Shown one piece after another: positions 13,634 through 27,760 of a stretch of DNA of 64,000 nt. The DNA comes from Octopus sinensis (Eukaryota). The DNA is taken from positions 202,120,001 to 202,184,000 of the forward strand of contig NC_042997.1 in the NCBI RefSeq assembly GCF_006345805.1, read 5' to 3'. The number at the start of each line of letters is the position of its first letter. The first letter of the stretch is position 1. The notes beneath the pieces are model-generated. The model ran no database searches. It was not told the origin of the DNA and saw only the letters and a program-made list of their open reading frames with translations. The position numbers and the translations under genes are program-made.

Positions 13634-15610
13634 TAAGGTAATATTTCCTCTGGCCAGACACACTTTAACAAAAGCCAGAAACTAAGGACAGCACTTGTCT
13701 AATGGTAACACTTATTCACAATTATCATGTGGTATCAAAGTAAGGAGAGAGTAACACACACACACACAAACGATGGCTTCTTTCAGTTTCTGTCTATCAA
13801 CCCATTCACAGGGCTTTGGTATGCCTGAGGCTATAGATGATACATGCCCAAGGTACCATGCTGTAGGGCTGAACCTGAGACCATGTGGTTCAAAAGCAGA
13901 CTTCTCACCACACAGCTGAGCTTGTGCCTACAGGTGTACCTATATTTATGTGTTCAAGTTCTGTTAGAATAATTATCATAATTTTAACAGCTACTCTTTC
14001 ATACTTCTATGAATCTGACAAGGCTACAACAGGACAGAGTTTTCTATGATCGGATAACATTCTTGACAGCAGCACTCACTTGTTTCCAGACAGGGTAAAA
14101 CTCCCCAAGTCTATCAAACAAACAACGTAATTACAAGCAGGACAAGCCGTACCATATGAATGCACCTCTGTTTATAAAGACCATTCAACTTGTGAAGAAG
14201 CCCAGACATGCGGAAACATATTTGAGCTTCTTGACTGCAATGTGGATTGAAACCATACTACATTGCCTGTATGAACAGTGATACTTTTGTTTACAATCAG
14301 TAAGCACACATGGGGATGAGAGGGAAAGTCTAAACACATTTACACAAAGATACACTTGCACACTCATACACACATATACACTTACACACGCACACATATG
14401 CGATAGGATTCCTAAGATTCCATTCGACAGTTTCACTGAGTGGGTATAGATTGATCTGCAGCTATAGTGTAGGAGGCCAGCCAACTGTGTCCACATGGTG
14501 GCACCAAGTGTCTAATCATGTGATTCCAAGATGAAGTTCTTAACCACACACCCATGCTTGTGCCTAATCATCATCACCGTCATTACCATTTAACGTCCAT
14601 TTCCATACTGGCAGGGGTTGGACAGTTTGACAAAATTTGGCAAGCCAGAGAGCTGCACTTGGCTCCATTTGTTTGATTTCACATGGTTTCTATAGTTGGA
14701 TGTCCTTCCTAATGCCAACCACTATACAGAGGGTAGTGGCTGCTTTTTACGTGATACCAGTGCTTTATTTGTGACACTAGCATGGGTGCCTTACATATGG
14801 CACCAGCAGAGGTGCTTTATACATGGCACCTGCATGAGCACTTTTTATATGGCACTAGCACCCATGAGCTCACAAGACAAGGGCCTCTCAGCTGAGAGAG
14901 AGAGAGAGAGAGTAGAACCGAGAGTTTAGAGTATGGTAGAGGGAGAGCGTAGCCCCCTTACTATCAAGGAAATACTTGGCTACCTTAGTAGGACAAGCAA
15001 GGTGGGAGAGAGTTAAAGAGAGAGAGAGAGATAAAGAGACAGTCAGAGTGAGAACGGGCCTGCCAACAGGGAGCAGCTGGGGTTGTATAAGTAGTACAGA
15101 GTAGTATTAGACCTGTCTAAAAATGACATCAGTATAAAATATAGTAACAATCTCTAAAAACTAAAGTTACAAGTGACCAGACAAGCAAAACCCAATTTCT
15201 AAGAGCAATTATCAAATAGCAGATTTTTAAACTTGATGTTTTGAAAGGCTAAAAGTCAAAGAGAAGCAATCATGCAATTTTTGCAGGAAAATTCAACTCC
15301 TGATAATGTGTTGCTCAAACTCCCCAGCTCTTTAGACAACTAACCCAAACTTGGTCACCAACAGACTGAATAAACACCTGCTCAATCTGATTGGTTTTTT
15401 TAAATGAGACAGATTGCAACTCTTCCTTCTCAGCACCTAATTTGGGTGGGGAAATTTTAGTCAAACGAATTGACCCCTAGTAATTTTTTTTATTATTTTG
15501 CAGCCTGGGACTTATTCAGTGGTCCTTTTCAAACCACTATGTTATGGGGACATAAACACACCAACACCAGTTGTCAAGCCGTGGTAAGGGACACAAATAC
15601 AGACATAAAG

Positions 15611-15672
<62 letters not shown>

Positions 15673-15699
15673 TCATATATGCATATATATGTGTGTGTG

Positions 15700-15858
15700 T
15701 GTGTGTGTGGTTGTGTGGTAAGTAGTTTGCTTCCCAACCACATAGTTCTGGGTTCAGTCCCACCACGTGGCACCTTGGGCAAGTGTCTTCTACTATAGCC
15801 CCGGGCCGCCCAAAGCCTTGTGAGTGGATTTGGTAGATGGAAACTGAAAGAAGCCCGT

Positions 15859-15907
<49 letters not shown>

Positions 15908-16100
15908 GTATTTGTGTTTGTCCCCCCCCTCCTGCCCAACATCACTTGACAACTGATGCTGGTGTGTTTACGTCCCCGGTTCGGCAAGAGGGACCAATAG
16001 AATAAGTACTAGGCTTACAAAGAATAAGTCCTGGGGTCAATTTGCCCAACTAAAGGCTGTGCTCCAGCATGGCCACTGTCAAATGACTGAAACAAATAAA
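15700..16100 (+). mobile_element. SINE-A full copy
   Basis: Colinear with 4190-4585. Confidence 0.8.
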
Positions 16101-17673
16101 GAGAAAAAATATGTGTGTATATATATATATGATGGGCTTCTTTCAGCTTCTGCCTACCAAATCCACTTACTAGGCTTTGATCAGCTGGAAGCTATAGTAG
16201 ATGACACTTCCCCAAGGTGTTATGCAGTGGGTTTGGACCTGGAACCTTATCACATAGTAATGTTATTTGATGCATTCTTTAACAGCTTGATGCCCTTCCC
16301 CATGCTAACCTTTCCTTGTTTTTCAAGTAAGAGATCATTTATTCCCCTCTTCTTCAAAGGCATAAGCTATCCAGATAATTTGTTGACAAGAGAAACTGAT
16401 GTAAACACACACACACCCAAGCACACAGTGGGTGTTTTTCAGTTTCCGTCAACTAAATGCCATGAGAAGGCTTTGGATTGGACCAAAGTTGAAAACTATT
16501 GTCCAATGCACCACAGAGATGTATTGCTAAGGGAACCCTTCTCCCTATAATCTACTTCAATGCTCCCCACCAATACCCTATCATACCATATTTACAGCAT
16601 TTTAAAATATGTTTTAAGGAAATTTCATGTTAATGGAAATTGTAATATTTGTGTTTTTTTTATTGAGTTTGACGCCAAACTCCAGAAATTCTTGGTGAGC
16701 ATTGAAACATATGTGAATATATTCTCAATATTAAACTTAAAATAATATTTTATCTTTTATTTCCTTGGTATATTTGATGTCATATTAGCATAGAAAACAT
16801 AAATCTTCCTACATATTAATTTTCAGACATATTTCTCATTCATACATGGTGCAGCGTTATATCAAAACAATGAGTGAGTGTGTAGGGGAAGAGAGAGTTG
16901 AAATGCTTGCTGTGAATATTTCATCGTATTGTACCCATTCATCAAGAAATATATTATTATTTTACTGCAAGTGCACAACGAAATACACTTGCCTAGATAG
17001 ATATAAAATATTCATCACCTTAAATATACATATATTTAGGTATAAAACATTTATTTAACCTTTTAAAATAGAGCTGACTCTGTATAAAGACGAGATGATA
17101 AAATTAATGCAACTTCCAGAGCAGGAAAATAGAGATTCTACACTGTAAAACTGCTGAGATATATTCGAAAGATAATAAAGAAGAATTAGTCATGAATAAA
17201 AGGTTATTTTTTATGTAAATGTATTTGTTATTTAATCATAAATTTCTCCCTTCAGAAATGATCTATATGCTGTTGTATAACCCCAGGTCAGTTCTGATTT
17301 GAGCAAGCAGACTTAAAAGTATCTGTGTTCATATCTGCACCAGTTTCCCCATCATGTTGCTTACTTTCCGCTTTTGAAAACTTTAAGTGTTTTTGGTGCT
17401 TGGATTAAATATGAATAGTTCTTCATTATACCTTTTTTTTTTTCATCTTCCATTCATGTTGACGGGAAAAAAGCACTCCAATAATCTGCAAGGAAATGGT
17501 AACATGATCAGAAGAAAGCAATTGAAGTAGGATCAAGTTCCTCATTGAAACATATTTTATAACTAATAGTCTTATGTTCTTTTACTGGTTTCAGCCGTTG
17601 GACTGTGGCCGTAGTGAAGCACCATCCTTCAAGAGCTTTGTCAATTATACCAACCCCCTACCCCATATTTAGT

Positions 17674-17990
17674 GAAGACACATAGCTCAGTGGTTAGAGT
17701 GTCAGGCTTACAATGAGGTCATGAGTTTGATTCCCAGACTGGACTGTGTGTTGTGTTCTCGAGCTACACACTTTATTTCATATTACACCAGTTCACTCGT
17801 CTGTAGAAACGAATTACAATGTCGCTGGTGCCAAGCTGTATTGGCCTTTGCCTTTCCCTTGGACAATATTGGGAGGTTGGTATGCATGGGCAACTGCTGG
17901 CTTTCTACAAACAACCTTACCCAGATTTTTGCCTTGGGTGGGAACTTTCTAGGTGCAGTCCCATGGTCATTCACGATCAAAGGGGACTTG
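17674..17990 (+). mobile_element. tRNA-headed SINE of a third family
   Basis: A box TAGCTCAGTGG and B-box-like GAGTTTGATTCCC, then GTGTTGTGTTCTCGAGC..AGTTCACTCGTCTGTAG, which is shared with the head at 9567-9710. Confidence 0.6.
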
Positions 17991-18429
17991 TTTTACCCCA
18001 TATTTAGTTTGCTACTTATTGTATCAATATCTGTTTATCAAATGGCTAAGTCCAGTGAATATCATATTGGAGAGTCGCACCAAATTTGAACTCCTATACA
18101 CACACACACATACAGACACATCTATTTATCTATCCAGTAGTTTATTAATTACATTTACTTTCAAGTTTTGGCTGTATAGATTTCATCAGACTGTAAATCA
18201 TTTTTTCTTTTCCAAATCTGAAGTATATAATTATTTGGAGTTTACCTTGCAGGTGGAGCAGTGCAGCTGCGAACATGTTGTGAGGTGTCACAGTGTATTT
18301 TTGTGGTATATACAGAAATATTCTTAAAGATGGGTTGATTGAGTGGGTGGAAAAGAAGAGTTTGTATGGAGAAAAATACAGTAAAATAAGGATGGAGAGA
18401 GAATGGTAAAGAGGAAGAATCCAAATGTT

Positions 18430-18836
18430 TATAGAGGGTTTTTTTGCTTCCCAACCACATGGTTCTAGGTTCAGTCACACTGCATGGCTTCTTGGGCAAG
18501 TGTCTTCCACTATATAGCCTTGGGCCAACTAAAACCCTGTGAGTGGATGGAAACTAAAAGAAGCCCATCATATATTGTTTATTTGTGTGTGTGTGTGTGT
18601 GTGTGTGCACATGTGCATGTCATTATTTCTGTGTTTGTCCCTCACCCCACGCCTGCTTGACAACTGACGTTGGTGTGTTTACATCCCTATACTTAGCAGC
18701 TCAGCAAAAGAAACCAACAGTATAAGTACCAGACTTTAAAAAGGCAATTACTGGTGTCAATTCATTAGACTAAGATTCTTCATGATAGTGTCCCAGCATG
18801 GCCACAGTCTAATGACTGAAGCAAGCAAACGATATA

Positions 18837-18840
<4 letters not shown>
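18430..18840 (+). mobile_element. SINE-A copy
   Basis: Colinear with 4190-4585, more diverged. Confidence 0.75.
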
Positions 18841-18871
<31 letters not shown>

Positions 18872-18955
18872 AAATTTACAAAAAAACAAAAGACAAAGAC
18901 GAATGTATAAACGGCTAACAGATGTATTAGTTTAACGCTCGGGAAGAGAGAAAAT

Positions 18956-18991
18956 CTTTTACATTTTGAGCCTACGCTCTTTGACAGAAAG
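18956..18991 (-). ncRNA. Degenerate minimal hammerhead-like motif within a short repeat (about 18868-19010)
   Basis: Minus strand: cttt-CTGTCAA-a-gagc-gtag-gctc-AAAA-TGT-A-aaag. Stems I and II are intact. Confidence 0.5.
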
Positions 18992-19144
18992 GAACACAGA
19001 AATAAACAGATCTCATTATGCAAACAAATAGTTGCATGATCAATTACCTGTATTCTTGGAGAACTATGTTGTGTTGAAACAATTGTAGTGAATAATAATC
19101 AAATGCCCAACTGTACTCCCTCTTCCTGACTCCAATTTCTTCAG

Positions 19145-19189
<45 letters not shown>

Positions 19190-19191
<2 letters not shown>

Positions 19192-19465
19192 GTGCCCCCT
19201 GACTGGCTCCCATGCCGGTGGCACATAAAAAGTACCATCTGGATGTGGTTGATGCCAGTGCCACTTGATTGGCTCCCATGCTGGTGGCACATAAAAAGCA
19301 CCCACTACACTCTCAGAGTGGTTGGCTTTAGGAAGGGCATCCATCAGTAGAAACCTTGCCAGATCAAATTGGAGCCTGGTGCAGCTTCCTGACTTGCCAC
19401 TTCTCAGTCAAACCATCCAACCCATGCCAGCATGGAAAGCGGATGTTAAACGATGATGATGATCA
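19190..19465 (+). mobile_element. RTE 3'-end copy with internal subrepeats
   Basis: Two GGTGGCACATAAAAAG subunits, then the AGGAAGGGCATCC...GTTAAACGATGATGATGAT tail. Confidence 0.8.
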
Positions 19466-22400
19466 TCTCACACACACATATACATGCATGTTCACTTTTT
19501 CGATAGTATTTCCTTAGGTAACATTTAGCCACTTCTAACTCTCTTCAAACTGTTATGTAACCTTTCTATCATTACTAGAGCACTGATTAAATTGCTTCAA
19601 GTGAAGAGTCAATATGTTATTGAATTATTGCCTCAAAAGTTTTGAATTGAAATCCATTGCAGATCATTTCTTGTGCATCGAGGGCAATGTACTTGGTTCT
19701 GCATTACTTCAGTTTAGTGTTACTGTGGAGAAAAAGAAATTAAAATATAGCAGAATCCTATCCCGAGGAGCATTTATCTCTTATCAATTTAAACACCATC
19801 AGACTAAAGTGATTTACATTTTACTGCTTTTGCTGGATGAAATAATAAAAGTCTATTTGAAACTAATTCGTTAGAATAATCTGTTGCCTTTTGAAATTAC
19901 ATATGTTCATTTACTACATTCAAAGTGTGTTCGTCCAACTTTCACTCAGCTGGCATATTACTACTCTGGTGTCTTATATTCAGACGGTTCCTATCTACAT
20001 ACATTACTTTTATCACAAAATTTAATTAAAGTAAATGACTTAGCACTCAATAGTTTTTATTAGTTTCACACACAATCACCTCGAGTTTCTTCTTTCAAGT
20101 TTCGGCGTCGTTCCGCAGTTGTTAGATTGATTTTGCGATAGGCATCGATATTGCACAGAGTGCATTACCCGTCATTTACCCCCGCAATGCAAAATGAGCC
20201 AAATTAAACTAAATTAAATTTATTCTTATCAAATGTAGGAGAAATTAGTTGGTTTTTTTTTTCTTTCCATTGTCTGTTATAATAGCTAGGGTGATTTATT
20301 GGAGGCCTTTTCAAACCTACCCATGTTAAAATGAATTTTACTGATTCCATTGAATGACTCTATTAGCAAAATTAATCTAATTAATAGTCAGGAATCTCAG
20401 TAAGTTGTTCATTCCTCTAGAAAGGAAATTTTAATGACGTTGAATGATATCAATTAGAATTCACCTCACTAACTAATAGCACATGGTAACTAATTACTGA
20501 AGTATCACTGATTTTACCAGCATTTTTCAATATGTCTGTTTTATCTCTTTCTCCTTCAGGGTTGAACCTTACCTGCTTTTTACTTTCTCAAAACATGAAA
20601 ATCCATCATCATCGTCATCATTGTCATCGTGTAATGTCTGTTTTCCATACTGGCATGGGTTGGACAGCTTGACTGGAGCTGGCAAGCCAGAGAGCTGTAC
20701 CAGCCTTTATTTCTCTGTTTTGGATTGGTTTCTATAGCTGGATGCCTTTCCTAATGCCAACCACTGGGTGCTTTTTATGTGTGCATCAGTGCTTTTTACA
20801 TGGTACCAGCATGGGTATTTTTTACATGGCACCAGTACGAGTTTTTTGCTTATGTGGTACCAGAATGGGTATTTTTGTATATCAGAGTGGAATATAACCT
20901 GAAAATTATTATCATTTATCCTCTCTTTAAGGCAGTGAGCTGGCAGAAATGTTAGCACGACGGGCGAAGTGCTTAGCAGTATTTCGTCTGCCACTACGTT
21001 CTGAGTTCAAATTCTGCCACAGTTGACTTTGCCTTTCATCCTTTCGGGGTGAATTTTGGGCCTTGTGCCTAGAGTAGAAATGATTATTCATCCTTTCTTC
21101 CTCTCCCCCCCCCACTGCCCACCGACTGCCGCTGCAAGTTAATATTATTTTTCATCCTTATATTTAATTTTTAATTTCCTGTTGACCTGCCACAAATAGC
21201 AGCCAAGTTCTCCTCGAGCCACATCCCACCATGTAAAATAACTAGGGACCCATTGGCTAAACATAAATAGGTCTGCTATAACATAGCTGACCAGGGCTAA
21301 ACAAAATATTGCCATTTGGATGTAAGAGTGGAACATCATTTTTACATCCATTTTTCAATGCTTGCATAGGTTACACAGATGTCGTATTGAGGCATTGTTT
21401 TATAGACAGATGCCTTTCCTGTCACTAGCCCTTACTGATTTTCTTACAAGGGATCTCTTAATTTATGTCTTCAAAGGCATGCAGTGAGCAGGCAATTTGC
21501 TGACATGAGAAGTCTCAGCAAAACCAATCGCTGCAAGCAACTTTTGCAGACTGCAAATATAAACTCATGCACACACATATGTGTAGGTATTTGTATACAG
21601 TAGGATTCTTTTACTTTCCATCTACCAAATTCATTCACAACGCTTTTGTTGGCAAAGAGTTGTAGTAGAAGACGTTTGTGCAAGATGCTGCACATCGGGA
21701 TTGAACTCCAAGCTATGTGGTTGGGAAGTAGACTTCTTAACCACACAGCCACAGTTGAACAGAGTAATGTGTTATCATGGCTTGCTCATGACCATGATGC
21801 AATGGTTGAAAAGGAATTTGATTGATTAAGTGATAGCCACCTAACTGGCCCCTGTGCCGGTGGCATGTAAAAAGCACCCACTTCACTCTCAGAGTGGTTG
21901 GCGTTAGGAAGGGCATCCAGCTGTAGAAACCTTGCCAGAACAGATTGGAGCCTGGTGCAGCCTCCCAGCTTGCCAGTCTTCAGTCAAACCATCCAATCCA
22001 TGCCAACATGGAAAGTGGACGTTAAAAGATGATGATAATGGTGATGCAATCAATAACTGAGCACTTTTATCTAACAACTATCTTAGGAAATTGTTATTTG
22101 CAAAGGGTTTCTTGACGATGAAAGTGAAACTAATTAAAAAAGTTTCAGTCATTTTAGTTAATTTTCCTTTTGTTCATTATCAATTTAGATGGACAAATTC
22201 TGGCATAAAAGCAGATCCTTTTACAATCTGCTTTGAAAAGAAATAAACCTGATTTTGATTTACAAAATCATCAAAAAACTAAATGAAAGGTGGAAGAAGC
22301 CAGAGGAAATGGTAAAATTTAATCTGTTGAAATTAAAATAAAATTTTATTTTAAAACTTTTCTAAATGAAATGTTTAAATAGGAGGGAAAAGGCAAAACA

Positions 22401-22599
22401 CAGCTGAACAGGTTGAAAAAAAACAAGGTTTTTTTGGACAATTAACTATCAAAGGAATTTTAATTGTATGCTCTTTATTTCCAACTTGTAGCATGAATTG
22501 ATAAGAATACATAAAACTGAGTTGGTGGAAACTGGTTTTTAATGAAAATTTCATAATTACTTTGTAAAGTTAAATGAATAATTAATTTGCCTTTGTCTG

Positions 22600-22975
22600 T
22601 CTTTTACTTGCTTCAGTCATTAGACTGTGGCCATGCTGGGACACCAGCTTGAAGAATTTTTAGTTGCATGTATCAACACCTGTACTTATTTATTTGTTAA
22701 GCCTGGTGCTTATTCTATCAGTCTATTTTACCAATCTGCTAAGTTATGGAGATGTAAACAAACCAACACCAGTTGTCAGTGGTGTTGGGCGACAAACACA
22801 GACACACACACACATATACACTGGGTTTCTTTCAGTTTCCATCTACTAAATCCAACCACAAGGCTTCAGTCAGCCTGAGGCTATAGAAGACCCTTGCCCA
22901 AGGTGTCACACAGTGGGACTGAACCTGGAACTGTGTAGTTAGGAGGTAAACTTGTTACCACACAACCACACCCGC
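22600..22975 (-). mobile_element. SINE-A copy
   Basis: Reverse complement of the SINE-A tail (CTTTTACTTGCTTCAGTCATT) through to the head (TTACCACACAACCAC). Confidence 0.75.
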
Positions 22976-23399
22976 ACCAACATTTTAATTTTAATTTAAA
23001 TATTAATAAGTATACATGGTTTTAAAAAAAACAAACAGAAAAATATAATTACTTTATACATAATTGTATTTATGAATAACTTATGTTGAAATAACCAACG
23101 AATAACAAGTACTTTCTGTTGGATCGCTATGTCTTCTCATGAGAGATGTGGAGAAAAACTCGTTTAGCAATTTAATTCAAGTGGGTTTACAAATTAAAAC
23201 TCTAAGATACAAATCTTGATTATTGAGTAGGAAAAGAATTGGCACTTATAAATGAAGAATATTTCCTTGTCTCGCACATAACTATATTTCAATGTCTAGT
23301 CTTTTCTAGTGCTTAATCTGTCTGAGAACTATATGTATATTACTATCAGAGTTTTATTTCTATTCTCAACATCACCATTACTAAGTGCAACATTTCTTT

Positions 23400-24120
23400 G
23401 CAATTGCACAAATACTTTCTTCCAATAATTCCTGTATTTTATCTGCCTTCTCTTTCAACTCAGAACGAGATCTAAAATTTCCAGTAGATTATTTCTTAAA
23501 GTGACCATCATGCTATTTTTCATCTTATAATTATCTTGCTTCCATCAAACCAAACTCCACAACAATACAACTATGAAGAATTTTCTCTTACAAGTCCTTT
23601 CATGACTTTCATAATATATACCATTTCATGCTTCTTCTTCTCTTTTTGATATTCATGGCTTTTTTTCTTTTTAATATTTTTTTTATTGTAGAGTAATAGT
23701 TTTCCTTAGTACCATTTATCATTAAAAATGGCTTTTGTAGTGCTCAGCTGTCTTTGAGACTCTGATTTCTTCCCCTGGCCATTTATTTCTTTCTTACTAT
23801 TTTTCCTTCAATCTCTATTTACCTGTCTTTCCAAATGCTAAATACTGCAAGGATAATAATCTTTAAGATTACTTTTCCTGCATTCAAAATTTCCAGTCTG
23901 AACTTGAGCAATCAAACAATTAACCCTTGGCTCATTAGTATGCATTGTTCACAAATACATATTCAAACAGTTGTTTGGCTTTATAAATTTTGTGTCATCA
24001 CTAGTAAATACATTTGTATCTCAGAAATTCAAAAGATTCAAACTGATTTCTTCTTTCTATTTGATTTGATTTTTTCCTGATATTTCCCTATAATATTATC
24101 AAATCTCCTGGCAGGCTTCT
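23400..24120 (-). mobile_element. Possible highly decayed LINE APE-endonuclease region
   Basis: Purine-rich minus strand with peptides YVFVNNAY and IIILAVFSIWK, weakly like iiNvYap and iIlGDFNa; many stops. Confidence 0.3.
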
Positions 24121-26516
24121 GATATTGTCATTTGTTATCTAAGATCCTCTCACTAGGGTTCCACAAAGTTGGCCCCTCTAATCATCTGCTAATAATGTTT
24201 ACAGGATGTGGGTCACATTTCTTGTTTGGTTGACATTTAATCCGTAATCCTTTTAAAACCAACCTATCTAAGACCACCCTTTGTTCTAGGATACAAATTT
24301 CCTGTTTAAAAATTATCTAAATTAAAACCTTCCATCAAAAACACCCAATTTAATTATAACAAACTTATTTTACTAGGCTGTTCATAATTCTTAAAATTAA
24401 CTGAAACAAAAGCAGTGCATCTCTACAGAAACGTGGTAAGGAAAGGTTAGGCCAGCCACCTCCCACTGGGATTATGGTTCATGATCAAGTCTTTAAATAA
24501 TGTTATGACCATCTCTGTAGGAAGTTTAGCTGCTATTTCAGAATGTTGAGGAAAATTTATAGAAGTTCAACATGATGACACTATATCACACACTGCAACA
24601 CTAGCATCAACAACAAAATCAATTGAAAAAAAATGCTTAAACTCAAAATTTCTTGTATATATCTGCCATTTAAGACATTGTCAATTTTAAAATTCTTTTG
24701 ATCTATAGTCTTTAGTTTCTGTCCTCACTAAATTCCTCTCTCTCTCTCTCTCAACATACAGCAGTGTAACACTAGTGTATTTGTTTCTAGAATGCTCAAA
24801 CTCTACCAACAACCAGACTGTCATACTAACTTCCAATATTTCAGTATTTCAAAAATGTTTGTCTCAAACAACCATGTTTCAAGACCCTAATTTCCATAGG
24901 TGTGTGTGTGTGTGTTAGTGTCTCTGTGTGTTGACATCACAGGAAGGTTGTAAAACAAGCTTCAGTATCATAAAATGGGTGTCCTTCATTTCCAATTTTC
25001 CATGAAAGCATATTCTGGCCATGGAAATATTATTTTGCTTGGAAACAGGTAGAGATTAGTGACAAGAAGGGCATCCAAATTTAGAAAAACTGCCTCAATG
25101 AAATCCTTCTGCTCCATACAAGTAGAGAAAAGTAGATGTTAAAATGATGGTGATGATGACACTCATCAATTCAATTCTTAGGTAGAATTAGTATGACAAA
25201 ACTGTTGGAATGCTGGACATTGGAATTACATCCACAGCCCTTCCGATGGGCTTTCTGTACAGTTTCTATCAACCCAGCATCACTCACAAGCCTTAGATCA
25301 ATTCTGTGGTAGAGACTCTTGCCCAAGATGCCAAGCAATGGAATCAGACTTTCATTTCTCATAGTTGCAATGCAAACTTGGCCTTTTTTACTTCTATTTT
25401 TTTTTCACCAGTGATGATGAAAATAGCCAAATATTTTGTTTATATTTTTCCCCAAAACCACAATAACCTGTATCTAACCCAATAAACCAATTATAAACCT
25501 CTTCAAATAACATCAGCTGTATACAACTATATCTTCAAGCACTAGTAGTGTATAGAACTTTGTATACATACATCTCCAAACTCATAGAGTAATTTATTTT
25601 GAAACAGAGTGGATTTTGTTTTATCAGGAAAGAGGTTTTGGGGCCATGACATTTAGAGATCTTATTAATGATGGCAGTGTTTATTTTTAGTAAGCCTTGG
25701 ACTTAGATAAGACGACATCACAGCAGCATTCATAAGAACATGTAAAACTAAATTAACACAATTAATGAAATGTCAAGTTGCTTTGGATGCAATATTTGAA
25801 TATCATCTCAGAGCTGCTCCTTTAAGGGCCTCCATAATAGAATTCACATGATAATGTTTCTATAACAAGATTTGGCAGTTGGTATATGAGAAACATTATC
25901 TAACACACCATAGAGCATATGAATTAATTCATTCTGTATATAAATAGTCTTGCTTGAAAACAGATTTGGCATTATAACATCAAAGTTGATTAAGACCGAA
26001 TTGCATTAAAACCATGATCTTATGGTATTTAGACTCCAGGGTTTTTTTTTTTCTGGAATTCTTATAGAGCAAAGCTCTATATAATGTATTCTTGTAGAGA
26101 ATTAACATTGTTAATATTCCATTGAGACTAACTTATCTGAAGAGAAAGGGACGCAGTGAGATGATTTGAAAGGTCAGAGAATACTCAGGTATCCCATTAT
26201 TTCTTAACTTCTTACATGAGAAATTTACTAATTGAAATCATCATCAACATCGTCATCACCATCTTCATTTAGTGTCCACTTTTCTATGCTTGCATGGGCC
26301 ACACAGAATTTATTGTGGGAGGTTTTCTACAATTGGGTGCTCTTCCTTTCAATATCCTCAGCTGTTCCCAAACAAGTTGGCTAGACACTTTTTTTTTTCA
26401 TGGAAGATTGGAAACGAACAACCTTGTATGGTAATGATACACCTTTACAATAACCACATAGCATCAAGACAAGAGTAATATACACACACTCACATACCAA
26501 GGCACTATATATATAT

Positions 26517-26748
26517 ATTTCTTTATTGCCCACAAGGAGCTAAACATAGAGGGGACAAACAAGGACAGACAAAGGGATTAAGTCGATTACATCGACCCCA
26601 GTGCAAAACTGGTACTTCATTTATTGACCCCCAAAAGGATGAAAGGCAAAGTCGACCTCGGCAGAATTTGAACTCAGAACGTAACGACAGAGGAAATACC
26701 GCTAAGTATTTCGCCCGGTGCGCTAATGTGTCTGCTAGCTCGCCACCC
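26517..26748 (-). mobile_element. SINE-B full copy with ~12-bp TSD
   Basis: Reverse complement of SINE-B; flanked by AGGCACTATATA (26500) and AGGTACTATATA (26750). Confidence 0.85.
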
Positions 26749-27084
26749 TAGGTACTATATAGGTTACATATGCAGTAAGACTGAACCTGAGGCCATATGG
26801 TTAGGAAGCAAGCATCATAACCACACAGTCAAGCCTGCACTATAGGAAAGCTTTTACTTAATAAAAATCACTATCTCCACCTGAATATGTGCAAATATTC
26901 AGATAGTTAATCATCTGGAAAAATATCTGTAATAAACTTCCAGTGGTTCTCCTTTTGCAGTACAGTTACTTTACAAGTGACCAGAGGAGCACAAACATCC
27001 TTCATCTGGTATATATATATGTTCCTCTCCATTGTTTCCTGTAGTATTTTGAAATATAATCAATTTGTTTATTAGTTTCTCTTT

Positions 27085-27760
27085 CACTTGCATAGGCAGA
27101 ACGCAGCTCCACTAATGTTGGTATCACAGTGAAAGGTACCCAATACAATAGATATAGGGGGTAGTGGATCAAGTGGAAACAATGCAAACCGCCATCAAGG
27201 CAACACCAACATCCTCTCAACGATTAGCCAGAGATGATTTTTAAAATGAGAATATCCGAAATAAACTCAACTGCTCTTACAAATGAGAATACTAAAAATG
27301 AACCTGACCACTCTCAAAAATTAAGTAAAAAAACAGGAAAAATAATCCAGAATTCTTGTCTGGTATTTGATCGATCCCAATGGTAGTCATGGAATGTGAA
27401 AGTGGCTGTAGAAAATTTAGCAACGATAATAAATAGTTTATCCTTATCTAATACAAGCCAAAACTTAAATTCACTATTCAAAATAGTTACAGCCTAAAGG
27501 GAGATAATTGGGAAAGACTTGAAAGTTAACGTAATATCGTAATCATATAAAGTAAATATAACAAATAATCCAGAATCCTCGTCCAGTACTGGATCAATCC
27601 CAAAATCTAATCAGTTCATGCCAGTCATGAGGCCAAACATCTCTGAAAGTTTCCACTAAGTTCAATCCATGGTTCTTTAGATATCATGTCCATGGACAAA
27701 CAAACAAACAAATGCTACTAAAAACAATATTTCCACCTTCGCTAAGGCAGAGGTAATAAA
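27085..27760 (-). mobile_element. HINE/DINE-1-like (Helentron-associated) non-autonomous element with an internal insertion
   Basis: Minus strand begins TTATTACCTCTGCCTTAGCGAAGGTGG (short hairpin), then (GTTT)n and GGAAACTTTCAG. An internal block AATAATCCAGAAT..GATC.ATCCCAA is duplicated (about 27341 and 27564). Confidence 0.55.

Noticed and set aside
14140-14250. Cys-spaced frame GQAVPYECTSVYKDHSTCEEAQTCGNIFELLDC
   Set aside because: Short, weak acceptor, and no recognised domain.
17674-17745. tRNA-like sequences (also 9567 and 52667)
   Set aside because: A/B boxes are present, but there is no complete cloverleaf and SINE bodies follow directly.
20138-20160. TATTGCAC, the miR-92 seed
   Set aside because: The rest does not match miR-92 and there is no long hairpin.
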